Source of the DNA: Neodothiora populina
Taxonomy: Eukaryota
Direction of reading: 5' to 3'
Assembly (NCBI RefSeq): GCF_041146345.1
Contig: NW_027191413.1
Span: 1,178,001 to 1,242,000, forward strand
Length of the DNA stretch: 64,000 nt
Position numbers and translations under genes: made by a program. The notes beneath the pieces are model-generated. The model made no database searches and had not been told where the DNA came from. It saw nothing but the letters and a program-made list of their open reading frames with translations. Shown here piece after piece: positions 50,822 to 62,044 of this stretch; within the stretch, counting starts at the first letter, position 1, and each line of letters opens with the position of its first letter.

Positions 50822-51499
50822 ATGCCGTTTCGCTTGCCTTGGCCGACCCTACGCAATGTCTTCAGACAACCCTTCAAGCGATATTCTTCTAGCAGCAACA
50901 ACAACAAGTCTCCTTCCTCGGTGAAGAGAGCGATGAACGTCCTCACAAATCCAGGTCCACCCCTTTTGAGCCGCTACTGGTATCTGCACACACTCTATCT
51001 GTCTGTAAAATATGGCCTCGCCTTCGTTCTCACAGCGCACATATTCGTGGACTACTTTTACGCGATCCACGGCACTTGGGGCATCAGCATGGTACCCACC
51101 CTCGCGGCTTCTGGCGACCGGGTCATCATTTCCAAGTACTACCGTCACGGCCGCCATATCAAAGTCGGGGACATAGTGTCCTTTCGTCATCCGTTGCGCC
51201 CGGATCTGAATGCGAGCAAGAGAGTCATCGGGTTACCGGGGGATTTTGTGCTCAGGGATACACCGGAGCAAGGAGAGGGGGTTCTGGTCAGAGTGCCCCA
51301 GGGCCATTGCTGGGTCGTCGGGGATAATTTGAGACATAGTCGAGATTCGAGGATGTTTGGTCCCTTGCCGCTTGCGCTGGTCAAGGGCAAGATTGTGGGT
51401 ATCTACAAAGGATTCGACTTGTTCCCCGAGTGGTGTGAAAGTACGCTCGTCGATGTGCATGACGACATGATGGATTTGGGGGGCTTGGCCGACGAGTGA
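50822..51499 (+). CDS. IMP1: Mitochondrial inner membrane peptidase subunit (S26 family, IMP1-like)
   Basis: Ser/Lys dyad GISMVPT...SKRVIGLPGD and GDNLRHSRDSRMFGPLP. The basic N-terminus resembles a presequence. IMP1 versus IMP2 is not fully certain. Confidence 0.85.
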   Translation: MPFRLPWPTLRNVFRQPFKRYSSSSNNNKSPSSVKRAMNVLTNPGPPLLSRYWYLHTLYLSVKYGLAFVLTAHIFVDYFYAIHGTWGISMVPTLAASGDRVIISKYYRHGRHIKVGDIVSFRHPLRPDLNASKRVIGLPGDFVLRDTPEQGEGVLVRVPQGHCWVVGDNLRHSRDSRMFGPLPLALVKGKIVGIYKGFDLFPEWCESTLVDVHDDMMDLGGLADE

Positions 51500-52398
51500 G
51501 GGAGTGGCTGATGGACAAGCAATGTGACATTATGCCGCGAGACGGCATGATCATTGATGCCAAACAAAAGAATGTCTTCACTCCTGGAACACTCGAGCAT
51601 GCCTCTTCGGAACAAACACCTTGAGAACCTGCCAACGAGGATAATGTGGCTTGCACTCCTCGAGCCATCGCAAGATCACTCAGTGTGTGAGCAACATAGG
51701 CCTCACAGCAATACGGTCCTTCACAGAGTCAATTATGGGTAGGGGCCCCTCGGGGTGGACTTGACTCGACTCATATCGAAATGGCAGATTGGGTTCTAGC
51801 ACCACGCCGAGGAGAAAGGGATACGAATGGACTAATTTCGTCCGCGGCGAGCATCCAACTAAAGCGGCAGTGCCAAGGGTCGGTGCCTCTGATATAGGTA
51901 AGGTACGTGTGGAGGCATACCCAAGATTGTGCGAAAAGGGTACATGCGGCTCTGCTAGATCTCACCTTATGTGTGGAGCAAGGAAGAAGCGAACCCTTGG
52001 CTCTATAGTCACCAGAGGGGGAGAAGAGGACCACAGCGATCAACATATACTTGTACTACCTTGGTCTGCGATACAGTTCCCAGAGTATAATCCAGAGACA
52101 GAGCGGAAGACCACGAGCCGGACTGAGTGGGATGATTTTCTATCATTGCTTGCTATGTTCATCTTCTCACCTCCATCGTGTCATATGCAAGGAAATAAGA
52201 AACAGATCCGTCTTTTCTCTGCCCGATGACATCTACTGTGCACATTCACAACGATAACATAACGCCAGCAAACTCCAGCCATGCGTGGATATCAATCAAA
52301 TGGAAAGGACTATTTGCTTTTTCGCCTGACCCTTGAGTTGCGTTCCCAGACAACCGTGGACAGGGTCTGCCTCAAGTCAAGCTCCTTTCAGGTCTCGT

Positions 52399-53938
52399 CT
52401 ACTGCACGTCCATCATGGTATCGTCACCGTCAGCAGCACCCATGGCATCAGGGGCAACGACACCTCTGCCTCTGCCAGAGATCAACTCTCTGCGGACTTC
52501 GGGACCGATGGCCTTGTGGCCCTTGACGAGCAACAGGTCGAGCAAAGCCTCCCTCTGGTCCTCGGTAATGTCGTTTCTGTAGCGTTGAGCAAACGCCAGC
52601 AGACACTGATGCCAGAGCACGGGCAGCTTCTCCTTGCCCGAGCCGATGACGTCGGCGTTCTTGTTGGTCATTGTCGAGTCGACGGTGGGGTCGACGGCTC
52701 TGAAGCGCAGGAAGTGGAAGACGAGGGCGTCGACGACCTTGTAGGGCAGGGCGTACTTCTTCTCCAAGAGCACGCGGATGAAGATGTTTGTGGCGCCTCC
52801 GGCTTCGGTGTTGACGCTCATTTGCTCGGCGGCGATCTCGCAGAGACGATGCAGCGCGGCCGCGGAGTGCAGAACTGGGATGGACACGCGAGCGAGGACG
52901 GAGGAGATGATGTGGGCTTCGCGCAGGGAGCAGGTGCCTGACACCACCAGAGGGAAAAGGAGACCCTTGAAGAATGCGGCAGGCTTGTATAGGGCCTTCT
53001 TGAGGGCTTTGTAGAGATGGACGTTGAGTTTCTTGGTCTCGTAAATGTCCTCGCGGACGCGGGGAAGGAGGATATCGTGGAGGAAAGCCTGAGCCAGAGC
53101 TGGTCTCGAGGAGGTGAAGAGTTTGGTGGCTTCGTAGGTGGCGTTTGCCGTCCACGAGTCCGGTCGGGTTATGCTCAGGAGTGTGTCCCACTGGGGCAGA
53201 GTTGGTAGGATCTTGAAGGGCTTGGGAAGCTTGCCAGACTTGTAGCGTGATAGAATCAGGCCGACTCTGCCGGGGAAGTAAGGTTAGAAATGTGTCCAAA
53301 GCAGCGAAGCGATCAGGAACTTACTGGGTGTAGACTTCAGCTACCTTTGCGGGGATCTCGATTGCATCTTCGGGCGCACCGCCACCTAAGATCTGTCTCT
53401 CTTCGCCCCGTGTCGCTTCGTGCTCTGCAATCTTGTCCAGAATCAAGTCTGCCAGATTGGTACCCGCGCCGTCTCCCTCTGCGTCGCCTGTCAATAGACT
53501 CGAGGGGTCGAACTCTGGGTTGAACTTGTTGAACATGGCCAAGTCCTCAGGATCCACCTCGATCTCCTCGACCTCCTCGTCCCCTTCGTCGCCCCATTCC
53601 TCATCGTCCTCTGCGTGCGTCATGGCGTTGTTGTCATCATCGTCGTCGTCGTCAGACTGGACATCTTGGGGAAATCGTGACTCGAAATCAAAGGCCGGGT
53701 TGGCTCCTTTTGGTCGGCTCGCCTCAGTCTCTGCTTCTTCCTCGTCGGCCAGTTGTTGACCAAGATCTAGAATCCTGCGCGAGGCTTTGGAGTCGACAAA
53801 GCCATCCTCCTGCTCGTGTGTCCGTGACTTTCTCTTCTTGGGCGCCTTCTGCTTGAGGGGTTGAGATGGAGAATATTCCTCGGAGAGAGGATTGTGTCTA
53901 CGCTCCTGGCGCTTGTCTGCGGCGGGGGCCTTGGGCAT
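52399..53938 (-). CDS. ENP1: Bystin / essential nuclear protein 1 (40S biogenesis)
   Basis: Exons 53938-53325 and 53266-52399. Motifs LSRYKSGKLPKPFK, LEKKYALPYKVVDALVFHF and LPVLWHQCLLAFAQRY. Confidence 0.95.
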
Positions 53939-54285
53939 CGCTGCGGTGTGTATGTATGGAGAAGTGTGTGGTTGAGATGAGACGAGGCGCAAGACAATTA
54001 GAATTGATTCGTTCCTTCCTCTGTTAATTTTTAGTGGAGAAAGAGAAAAGACCCTGACTTTGCGACATTCGAGGCGATAAGATAATCCGGATCTATCCTC
54101 GGAGCTTGGCGTCTGCAGATCAGCGTCACTTCCACATCCACCGACCGACCGCCAAGACTCGCAGCTTCCACTTTCTCCAGACTGACGCGCGATCGACACA
54201 ACAGGTAATTACCTGTTTTGTGAACACGCGACTTTCTCTCTTTCTTGCCACCTCGACATCCAACCATCACCTGCTACCATCCACA

Positions 54286-56091
54286 ATGGCAGATGCTCCC
54301 CCGGTCCCAGGTGCTGATGCGCCGCCAGAAGTCAACGTGACTGCTGCATCGTCCATGCCTTCGCATCTGCAAGCAGAACAGACCCACGCGCCCGCCGTGT
54401 CCTCACCGCTGAACCCAGACATGACCAAGACAGCCAGAGCTAAGCCGCCACCGCGAGAGAGAGAACAGCGGGAGAAGCGGGAGACTCTCAAGAAGCGCGA
54501 GTCGACCGCTGCTGGAGGCAGAGGAAGCACCCCCACCGTGCCCAGCAAGCGCAAGGCTTCAGAGATGCTCCACACTGCTCCCTCACCCATGCGCTACCAG
54601 ATCCCCGAACCGAGGCTCTCTGACTACGAAATCCCCAAGCCCGTCGACCTCACTTCGCACGAGCCTATTCCCTTTCTGACCCCAGACGGTGAAGTCGAGC
54701 TCAAGAAGCCGTCGGATCGCGCAGAGAACAAAAAGGGCTACCGCTACACACAGGCCGTCGCCGACCCTTACTTCCGTCACAAACAATTCTATCGCCAGTC
54801 TGATGCTGTTCCCTACGGCCCTCGAATGTCGTGGGAAGACACGGACAGAGCGCTGCATTTTGACGAGACGGGAAAGATTGTCACCAACGAGAAGGGCTAC
54901 AGGATGGCACGCGCCAATGTCTGCGCAAGAGAAGGCTCGCTATACTATGAAGTCAAGATTGTGCGCGGTGTGCCGGCCGACGGAGTGTCTAATGATGCGT
55001 CGGGACCTCAGCCACATATCAGAATGGGATGGGCCAGACGCGAGTCTCCGCTGGATGTGCATCCTGGATACGATGGCTACAGCTACGGCATCACCGATCT
55101 GCGCTTCGAGACGATGCACCGTTCTCGTCCTGGCAAGTTCTTCACTCCCAAGCCCAAGAAAGGAAAGTCCAAGACGGCCAAGACGGAGAATGTCCCCATT
55201 GAGCTTAATGACAACATCCGCGAAGGGGACATCATCGGCATGGAGATCAACCTGCCTGCTCTGTCTCTGCATCAGAAAGTCGTGAGCGGAATATACAACC
55301 CCGCGGTCGACATGGGTGATGGTTTCCCCGAAGACGCCTCGCAGCCAGCCAAGATCGACCACACTGCTGACCCCTATGACATTATCCGTGATCGCATTCC
55401 CGTTCCTTACAAGGGCAACGTCTATTTCGAGACGATGGATTACGTTCCCACCAAAGCCATGGAAGCATATGCTGATCGCACGGTCAATCTATCTGCACTT
55501 CAGGCACCTGGCCCCGGCGCACCGTCGACTCTGAGGCAGACCCCAAACCCTAATCACGTCGAGCCATCACTGCGCACCCTGCCTCACTCGTCGATTCGTG
55601 TCTATAAGAACGGTCAGCTTGTGGGCACCGCGTTTGAAAATCTTCTTGCTTTCCTCCCTCCTGCCAGTCTCCCCAGCAAGGCGGCCGGAGCACGGGAAGG
55701 CTTCGATGATGGCATGCTTGGCTACTTCCCAGCCATTGCCTCTTTCTGGGGTGGTATCGCCGAGGTCAACTTTGGCGAGCAAGGCTTCTGGATGCCGCCG
55801 CCACACCTGAAGTATGTTGCTTCGACCAAGTCCGATGGAGATACCGTCATGCATGATGCAGACTCTACTGCTGCCGCCCCCGAAAGTGACAGATACTTCT
55901 CGAACCGTACCCTACGACCCATCGGAGAGCGCTTCAGCGAACAGATCGCCGAGGACATCGTCTGGGATATCATTGATGAAGTCGACTTCTTCATGCAAGA
56001 CGGTGGATATGGTGGCAAGGCTGGCGCAGGAGCAGTTGGAGGTGCCAAGAGGAGTTCTGCCAATGCGAGTCTGAAAGAGGAGGTGGATTAG
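54286..56091 (+). CDS. BRE2: COMPASS/Set1C subunit Bre2/Ash2 (SPRY domain)
   Basis: ARANVCAREGSLYYEVKI and HIRMGWARRESPLD..GYDGYSYG (SPRY domain). C-terminal RFSEQIAEDIVWDIIDEVD resembles the Sdc1/DPY30-binding helix. ATG at 54286. Confidence 0.92.
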   Translation: MADAPPVPGADAPPEVNVTAASSMPSHLQAEQTHAPAVSSPLNPDMTKTARAKPPPREREQREKRETLKKRESTAAGGRGSTPTVPSKRKASEMLHTAPSPMRYQIPEPRLSDYEIPKPVDLTSHEPIPFLTPDGEVELKKPSDRAENKKGYRYTQAVADPYFRHKQFYRQSDAVPYGPRMSWEDTDRALHFDETGKIVTNEKGYRMARANVCAREGSLYYEVKIVRGVPADGVSNDASGPQPHIRMGWARRESPLDVHPGYDGYSYGITDLRFETMHRSRPGKFFTPKPKKGKSKTAKTENVPIELNDNIREGDIIGMEINLPALSLHQKVVSGIYNPAVDMGDGFPEDASQPAKIDHTADPYDIIRDRIPVPYKGNVYFETMDYVPTKAMEAYADRTVNLSALQAPGPGAPSTLRQTPNPNHVEPSLRTLPHSSIRVYKNGQLVGTAFENLLAFLPPASLPSKAAGAREGFDDGMLGYFPAIASFWGGIAEVNFGEQGFWMPPPHLKYVASTKSDGDTVMHDADSTAAAPESDRYFSNRTLRPIGERFSEQIAEDIVWDIIDEVDFFMQDGGYGGKAGAGAVGGAKRSSANASLKEEVD

Positions 56092-56658
56092 AAGTCATCG
56101 ACTCAGAACAAGAAACAGCGAAGGCCTAGTAACCGTAGGAGAACTCGAGCCGGTCCGCCGATCGACCAATCTTTGTCAGCCGACGAACGTGTGGTTGATC
56201 CTCATGGGGAACAACTCCAGGAGAATCGTGGTACATCGAGTGAGCCACCCCTACCATCCGACGATTGTCAGCCTCCGGTTGTGAATGAGCCAACAGCTCC
56301 AGCTCGTCCGGACAGTTCCTCGTCCTCGCAAGCTCGATCTCTGGAAGGGTTATTGCATGCATGGCCCGTGGACAACCCTTCTTCGGCCCAAGGCCAACCA
56401 TCCCAGTGTGATGACCAGAAGCTAATTGTACAAACCCGCCAGGATCATAAAGTCCCACTCGTGGACCTACCGGACGAAAGCAATCTGCTCCATACGCCAT
56501 GCCCGCCTAAACCTCAAATTGCACCGATAGCCCTTCGCTCAACCCCAGAGTATCCTCTACACTCACCTGCACCACGTCCATCACCACCGGCTCCATCTTG
56601 TCAAGCACAATCACCAGCGCATCTCACTGTACCTCCACTACCAACAACATCGACGACC

Positions 56659-57439
56659 ATGTCTACTCCTCCAGCACCAAGTCCCTTCCTCACAAACGAC
56701 TCTTCGCAGACTCTTTCGACAGGTCTCTCATCTCCTCGATTTCTGTCGTCGACTTATTTTTCTTCGCAACTATTCCCGATGCAATCTGACGCTTCTGTTT
56801 TCGCTCCAACCAAACATGACTTTGTCTCGGCCCTCAGGTCTCGTCGTAGTGCACGCACCAGCACCAGAGCTGCCACTTTGAACTTTCTGGACATACAGGA
56901 GAGTTTCGCCGTCGAGGAAAGACATGCATGCACAGCACGAAACCCATGCTTTACACAGAGACCTGCTGCGTCCGCCCTGGGCCATGAGTTCCGAGACGAA
57001 CCTACCTGGGCTCTTGGGGACCTTCGACCACGGATCAGGAGTCGCTGCAGAGAACCTCGGGAATCTGTACAACATGACCCCAGCTCGAGGCGTACACCCA
57101 AACGGAACACAATACCTTACCCAACCCCTTTTGCCTGCACCGCCACCAGTAATCCTACCCTCTCTAGACACACCATTTTCAGCAGTCGGCGAGTCGACCC
57201 CAGTGAGGAAGAAACGAGCGAGTAGAAAAGCGCTCCGGAAGAGAAAAAGAGGAGGAAGTGAGAGCGAAGACGAAGAGCCTCAGCACAGAGTCAAGAGACT
57301 CTCTATCACGCAGCATGATGACAGCAATGGAGATGGTGCCAATGGCGTTGCGAAGCAAGAAGCGAACGAGGGCGACAGCGAGCCCGACGCCGAAGTCGCC
57401 GAAGACCTCAGCGCCGAGTTCGAAGGTGCTGCGATGTAA
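56659..57439 (+). CDS. Hypothetical low-complexity protein with NLS-like basic and acidic C-terminus; structure uncertain
   Basis: Two overlapping frames: 56092-57225 (first ATG 56659) and 56882-57439 (RKKRASRKALRKRKR...ESEDEE). A weak 61-nt intron at 56838-56898 would join them in frame. Confidence 0.4.
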
Positions 57440-57905
57440 CGACGGACGTCCCTTTTCAGATCAGAGACTTGTCGGCCCGCTCATGCTACGTGATGAGTCT
57501 GGAGTCTTTTATTTGCGGTAGTTCTGTAAGAATACAAAAGGCCGAGATTGAGACGAAAAACGAAGATGGCAAAGACCCAGAAAGTGAACAATACCCAGAT
57601 CCCATGATTCGTCTACTATTGGTAGCATCGTCTCATGCCTCGGGTTTACCTCTTCCGCACTCGAAGCACTCGTGGGTTAGCAGGCCTCATGACCGTGCCA
57701 TCTGTTGTTTTGACGTATACCTTTCTTTCTGCGGTGCATGTACTGTACTTCATCCACTGTTTCCATCCACTGTTGGGCGGTAAAAAGGAACACGAAAAGA
57801 AGGTGGGCAGGGCAAGGTAGATAGATGTCCTTGTGTTCCAGAGTGCATTATACTGCACGGTATTTGCAGCACCGCATACAGGTACTTCGGTTTCATTACT
57901 CTCGA

Positions 57906-57913
57906 TCTCTCTC

Positions 57914-57947
<34 letters not shown>
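57906..57947. repeat. (TC)n microsatellite
   Basis: Interrupted TC run just downstream of the VPS38-like stop. Confidence 0.9.
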
Positions 57948-57950
<3 letters not shown>

Positions 57951-58011
57951 TTTTTTCTACTTTCATCCTCTGATACCTCAGACCAACAGAAAAGGGAGAC
58001 CAAGAACGTAA

Positions 58012-60277
58012 CTACTTGAGCCCATCAAGCTTCCTCTCCCTCTTCCTACCAACGCGCTTCAACGACTCAAAAGCGCCAAACTCCGCTTCACCGCCTCCAC
58101 CACCAGGAAAAACTCTGCCGTTCTCACTGCCCAGAACCGACGACGACAAATGACTATCCTGGCTATCTCTTCGCGCCAAGTCCACATCGCCCATCCTCCT
58201 CCCTCTGCCCCTTTCGACGACGACGCCATTATTGTTGTTTTTCTGATCGACGAGCAAGCCCCTGACGCCGCCCACGCGTCTGCTAGCCAACTCCCCCTCC
58301 CCTGCGCCCGCGCAGCCGAGGACAAGAAACAGGTTCGGCAGCGTCTGTCTGATATCCAGCACGCGCACGCCCCAGGCCATTTCGAGCAGAGTCTGGACGT
58401 CTTTGTTGAGCAGGAAGAGGCCGTACTCGAAGCGGAAGCGCACGGAGGATTTCGGGGTGAGCGGGAAAATGCGCAGGAGGGTTTGTTTGGCCTTGGCGGA
58501 AGATTCGAGGCCCGGAGAGCTGGCGCTCATGGAGGAGATGGTGGAGATTGGGTCGGTGATTGTTGATGCTGAGCTTCGGGGGTGCGGGTGGTAGGGCAGC
58601 ACGATGCCCCAGTAGTAGGATAGGAGAAGGACGACGTGCGCGCAGTGGCCTAGCGCTGCGGCGATGGCTTCAGGGGTCACGGAGCGTGTCGTGTCGAGGT
58701 CTTCGGAGTTGGGGAGGTGCAGCCCGCGGATCTGGAAGGCGAGTTGTTTGTCTGGGACGGGTTTTATCTCGTAGATCTTGGACACGTCGACGCTTATTCG
58801 CCGGCGTTGGGCGGCGATTTGTTGCTGTAGCGAGGCGAGCTGCTGGCGCATGGTCTGCATGCCTGCTTTTTCGGTCTTGATTGTTTCTGAGACGGACTTC
58901 TGCAGCGCGACTTCGCGAGAGAGCAGCAGGCGGCGGTTCTTGATGTTTGCGCGCTTCTCGTCGCATTTCTGGCGCAGAGATTTGGATTGTTTCTGCAGGG
59001 TTGAGGTGGCGTAGTGTAGGGTTTTGACAAAGTCCTCTGCTTGCTCGGCCTGGCTCTGGTCGGTGAACGTCAGGCGGTTCTTCTGCACCACAAGCTCCAG
59101 CTCGACGGCCAGACAGTCACGAAGAGCAAGCGCGTCCTGGACGCTGTCGTCTAACTTGGATAGGCGGAGCAGAGCATCAAAGCTCGAAGTGGGGAGCGGA
59201 CGGGCGGTGTCTTTGATGGGCAGACCGGCGAAAGGATCCATCGGCTCGTCGACGCGGGCATCGGTGAAGGCGGTATAGAAGCCATCTGTGAGTTGGAACA
59301 AGATGGAGTTCGGCGGGAAAGGATGATGAAAGCTCGCGAGCTGTGTCGTGTTCAGTGGTCAGTAAGGGGCAGTATGGCTGCGACTGACAGGCTACATACA
59401 CTTTTGCCAAGAAATTGCAGCGAGCGCAGACTCAGCGTCATGTCGATCAGCAGATTGTACTTGTCCTGGCGACCAGTCTTTGCCCAGAACCTGACGATGA
59501 GTGTGTCGAGTCTCGTGATGGAGGGAGGGCAGTCCCCGAGGTCAATGTGGTTGAAATTGGGGTTCTGAGGCATGAAATAAGCACTTTGTGGTGGAAGATT
59601 AGTGCATAGAGTAAAGACAAACCATGGCCTTTTCGATAACCTCACTCACGTATATCGGCGGCTCTATGAGAAGCAAAACAAGTCAGTGAGAGCACATAGA
59701 CACGCTGGACTCGGACTACTTACCGACCTTCGAGACCGGCAATGTGCAGGGAAAAGAACAGATCGGCCATCCTGCTGGCACTCACATCCTCCAACTTCCT
59801 CTGCCGCTGGAGAGAAGTGGCGCTCGCCCACTCCAGAGTGCTCCTCCGCCTCATCCTGCCGAAGCTGGGACGAGGTGGCGTCTTGTGCTTGTTCTTGGTG
59901 GGCGAGGATTCCGGAGTCATGGCAGCAGTGTTGCCGGCAGCATTGACGCCAGTGCCGCTGCCACTGCTGGACGAGGATGAATGCAGAGCATGCTCGCGGA
60001 TTGGTCGAAGATTGTCCGAGGAACGCGAATGCCCGATCTGTCTGATTTCGCGAAGAGCAAGCGTCTTTGCGGGAGACTGGAGCGTAGCGGGCAGAGCTTC
60101 GTCGTCGATGGTTTGCCTGCGGGGTCGAGAGTTGTTCTCGTCGAGGTTGACATTGCGAAGAGTGATTGCGTGCAGATGGCGGAGTTTGCGATTGGATGGG
60201 ATCAGCCACGGCCTCTCGCGGCGGTGCCATCCATCTCCGTTTGCTTTTGCTTCTGATTCTGAAGCGATCGAAGCCAT
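58012..60277 (-). CDS. VPS38: UVRAG/Vps38-like subunit of the PI3-kinase complex (Atg14 family)
   Basis: Exons 60277-59728, 59663-59623, 59564-59400, 59340-58012. Motifs RPWLIPSNRKLRHLHAITLRN, YVSEVIEKAMNPNF, a coiled coil, FQIRGLHLPNSE and RFEYGLFLLNKDV. Confidence 0.85.
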
Positions 60278-60793
60278 GGTTGGGTTGATGTCTGGTCATA
60301 TGTCTTTGTAATATTCACACGACGACAGAGCTAGCAGCACATGCGAGCATCTTGCGAGGTAATGAGCAAGCTGGAGGTAATGGGCAAGTCTTGCACGCCG
60401 AGTCCCATCATCATTGACTGCTCAAGGGGACTTAAAGGTATACAATGTATTGTTCAACCGAATACCTCTATCCTGTAACCCAAAACGTGTACCTTCCTCG
60501 CGACGTCTCGAACCCTGCCGTGCCTGCCCTGTCGTTGATGACCTACTGTAATTACTTCAATGACTGGGGAAGGAAGTGAGTGCCAAGCCAGGAACAGAAA
60601 CAGAAACAGAAGCTGCGGAGCTGCGGCGGAGGTTTGTCTCGTCCGCCGCAATAATTTCATCTTCCGCTCTGGCTTGGACTCCGACTTCTCGCAAGAGAGA
60701 GTCAAAGTGTTATAGAGAAAGCCCAGGCGCGGCGCATCAATCCTGACTTCTCTACATCACCGCCGTCGCTATCGCCATCACCATCTCATCATC

Positions 60794-62044
60794 ATGGCTG
60801 CCTCGGCGCCCCAAAAGGCCGACAAGCTGGCCAAGCGTCTGGCTGACCACGGTCGCCACATCTTCTTCTACAACCACTGCTGGACCGGACAGACAATTTA
60901 TTCTCTTGAGCGATCGTTAAATGTACAATGATCCCTTGGCTCTCGGTCTCATGCAGCACTATACTAACAACACGCACAGAACACGCTGCTCAAGCAATTG
61001 CCCTACGCCGGCAAGAAGACCATCCCTGCAGGCATTCGGAAAGACATATGGCGTCCGCTGCTGTCCGTCACCTTCCCTACTCCCTCACAAGGCCTCCAAG
61101 CTTTCCGAAAACTTCGCGAGTACCGAAAGCTCCACGAGCTATCATGGGCTCAGCCCACCGTCGCCAACAATGGCATGCTCGATCTCGAGAACCCATATGT
61201 TCGAACGGAAACACCGCGCCCGCCCAAGAAAGAGCGCAGCAGACTCATCATGGATCAGAGAGAGAACAGCGTCGCCGATCTGGCCGCTGTGTTACGAGAG
61301 CAAGCTGCTGCTGGTGAGCAAAAACAAAAGACCGAGGCAGACAGACGGCAGGCCGAGGAGGCGAGAGTGAGAGATGAGATGGCCAGCCTCTACGAAGAGA
61401 TCAGGAATGGTGGACTTGAGACTCTCCAACAATCCATTGCTGCCCAGAAGGCTCTCGTCAAGGACATGGAGTCCAAGAAGAAGGCACGACAAGCAGGTGC
61501 CCCGTCGAACCGACAAATCCTAAACGAAGACAAGACTTTGATGCACCTCAAGCGCAAGCAACGGAAGATGATTGCCACAAACCAGATCTTCGAGAATGGT
61601 CATGCACGAACAATCACTCGCAACTCCACCGACCAAGGTGCTGAACCCACCACCAGCATTGAATTGGACGTCGACCCACCATCCATCTTCTACAAGCAAG
61701 ACTTGGCTGAATGGGACAAGCCCATCCCCAAGCGCGGTAGACTGCGAAACCTCATCGCCGAGAGCAGAGTTCCGACTTGGACCACTCAGGGTGTCGTCAT
61801 CCGATGGGACAACCCGCTGGACGCCGAGATCGCCGAATCATGGCCTGCCGATGTCGAGCACCAGGACGCTGGGCTGGCGAGACACGTTGCAGCCGACCCC
61901 AGCCTCGAGCCTATCTTCGATGTCGAGAAGATACTCCGAAGCCGAAAGGCGCTCGAGGAGATGTCTCTGGCCGAACAGGAGGCTTCTGGAGATGCCTCGC
62001 AGCACTTTATGCAGGAGACCAAGCTGTCCGACGCCCGCGCTTGA
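60794..62044 (+). CDS. MHR1: Mhr1/mL67 (mitochondrial homologous recombination / mitoribosomal protein)
   Basis: Exons 60794-60922 and 60980-62044. Motifs HGRHIFFYNH...IYSL, QLPYAGKKTIPAGIRKDIWRP, AFRKLREYRKLHELSW and MDQRENSVADLA. Confidence 0.9.

Noticed and set aside
56876..56884. CTT-TGA as a programmed +1 frameshift site linking the two ORFs after BRE2
   Set aside because: The CTT TGA lies in the downstream frame, not the incoming frame, so it cannot produce the required shift.
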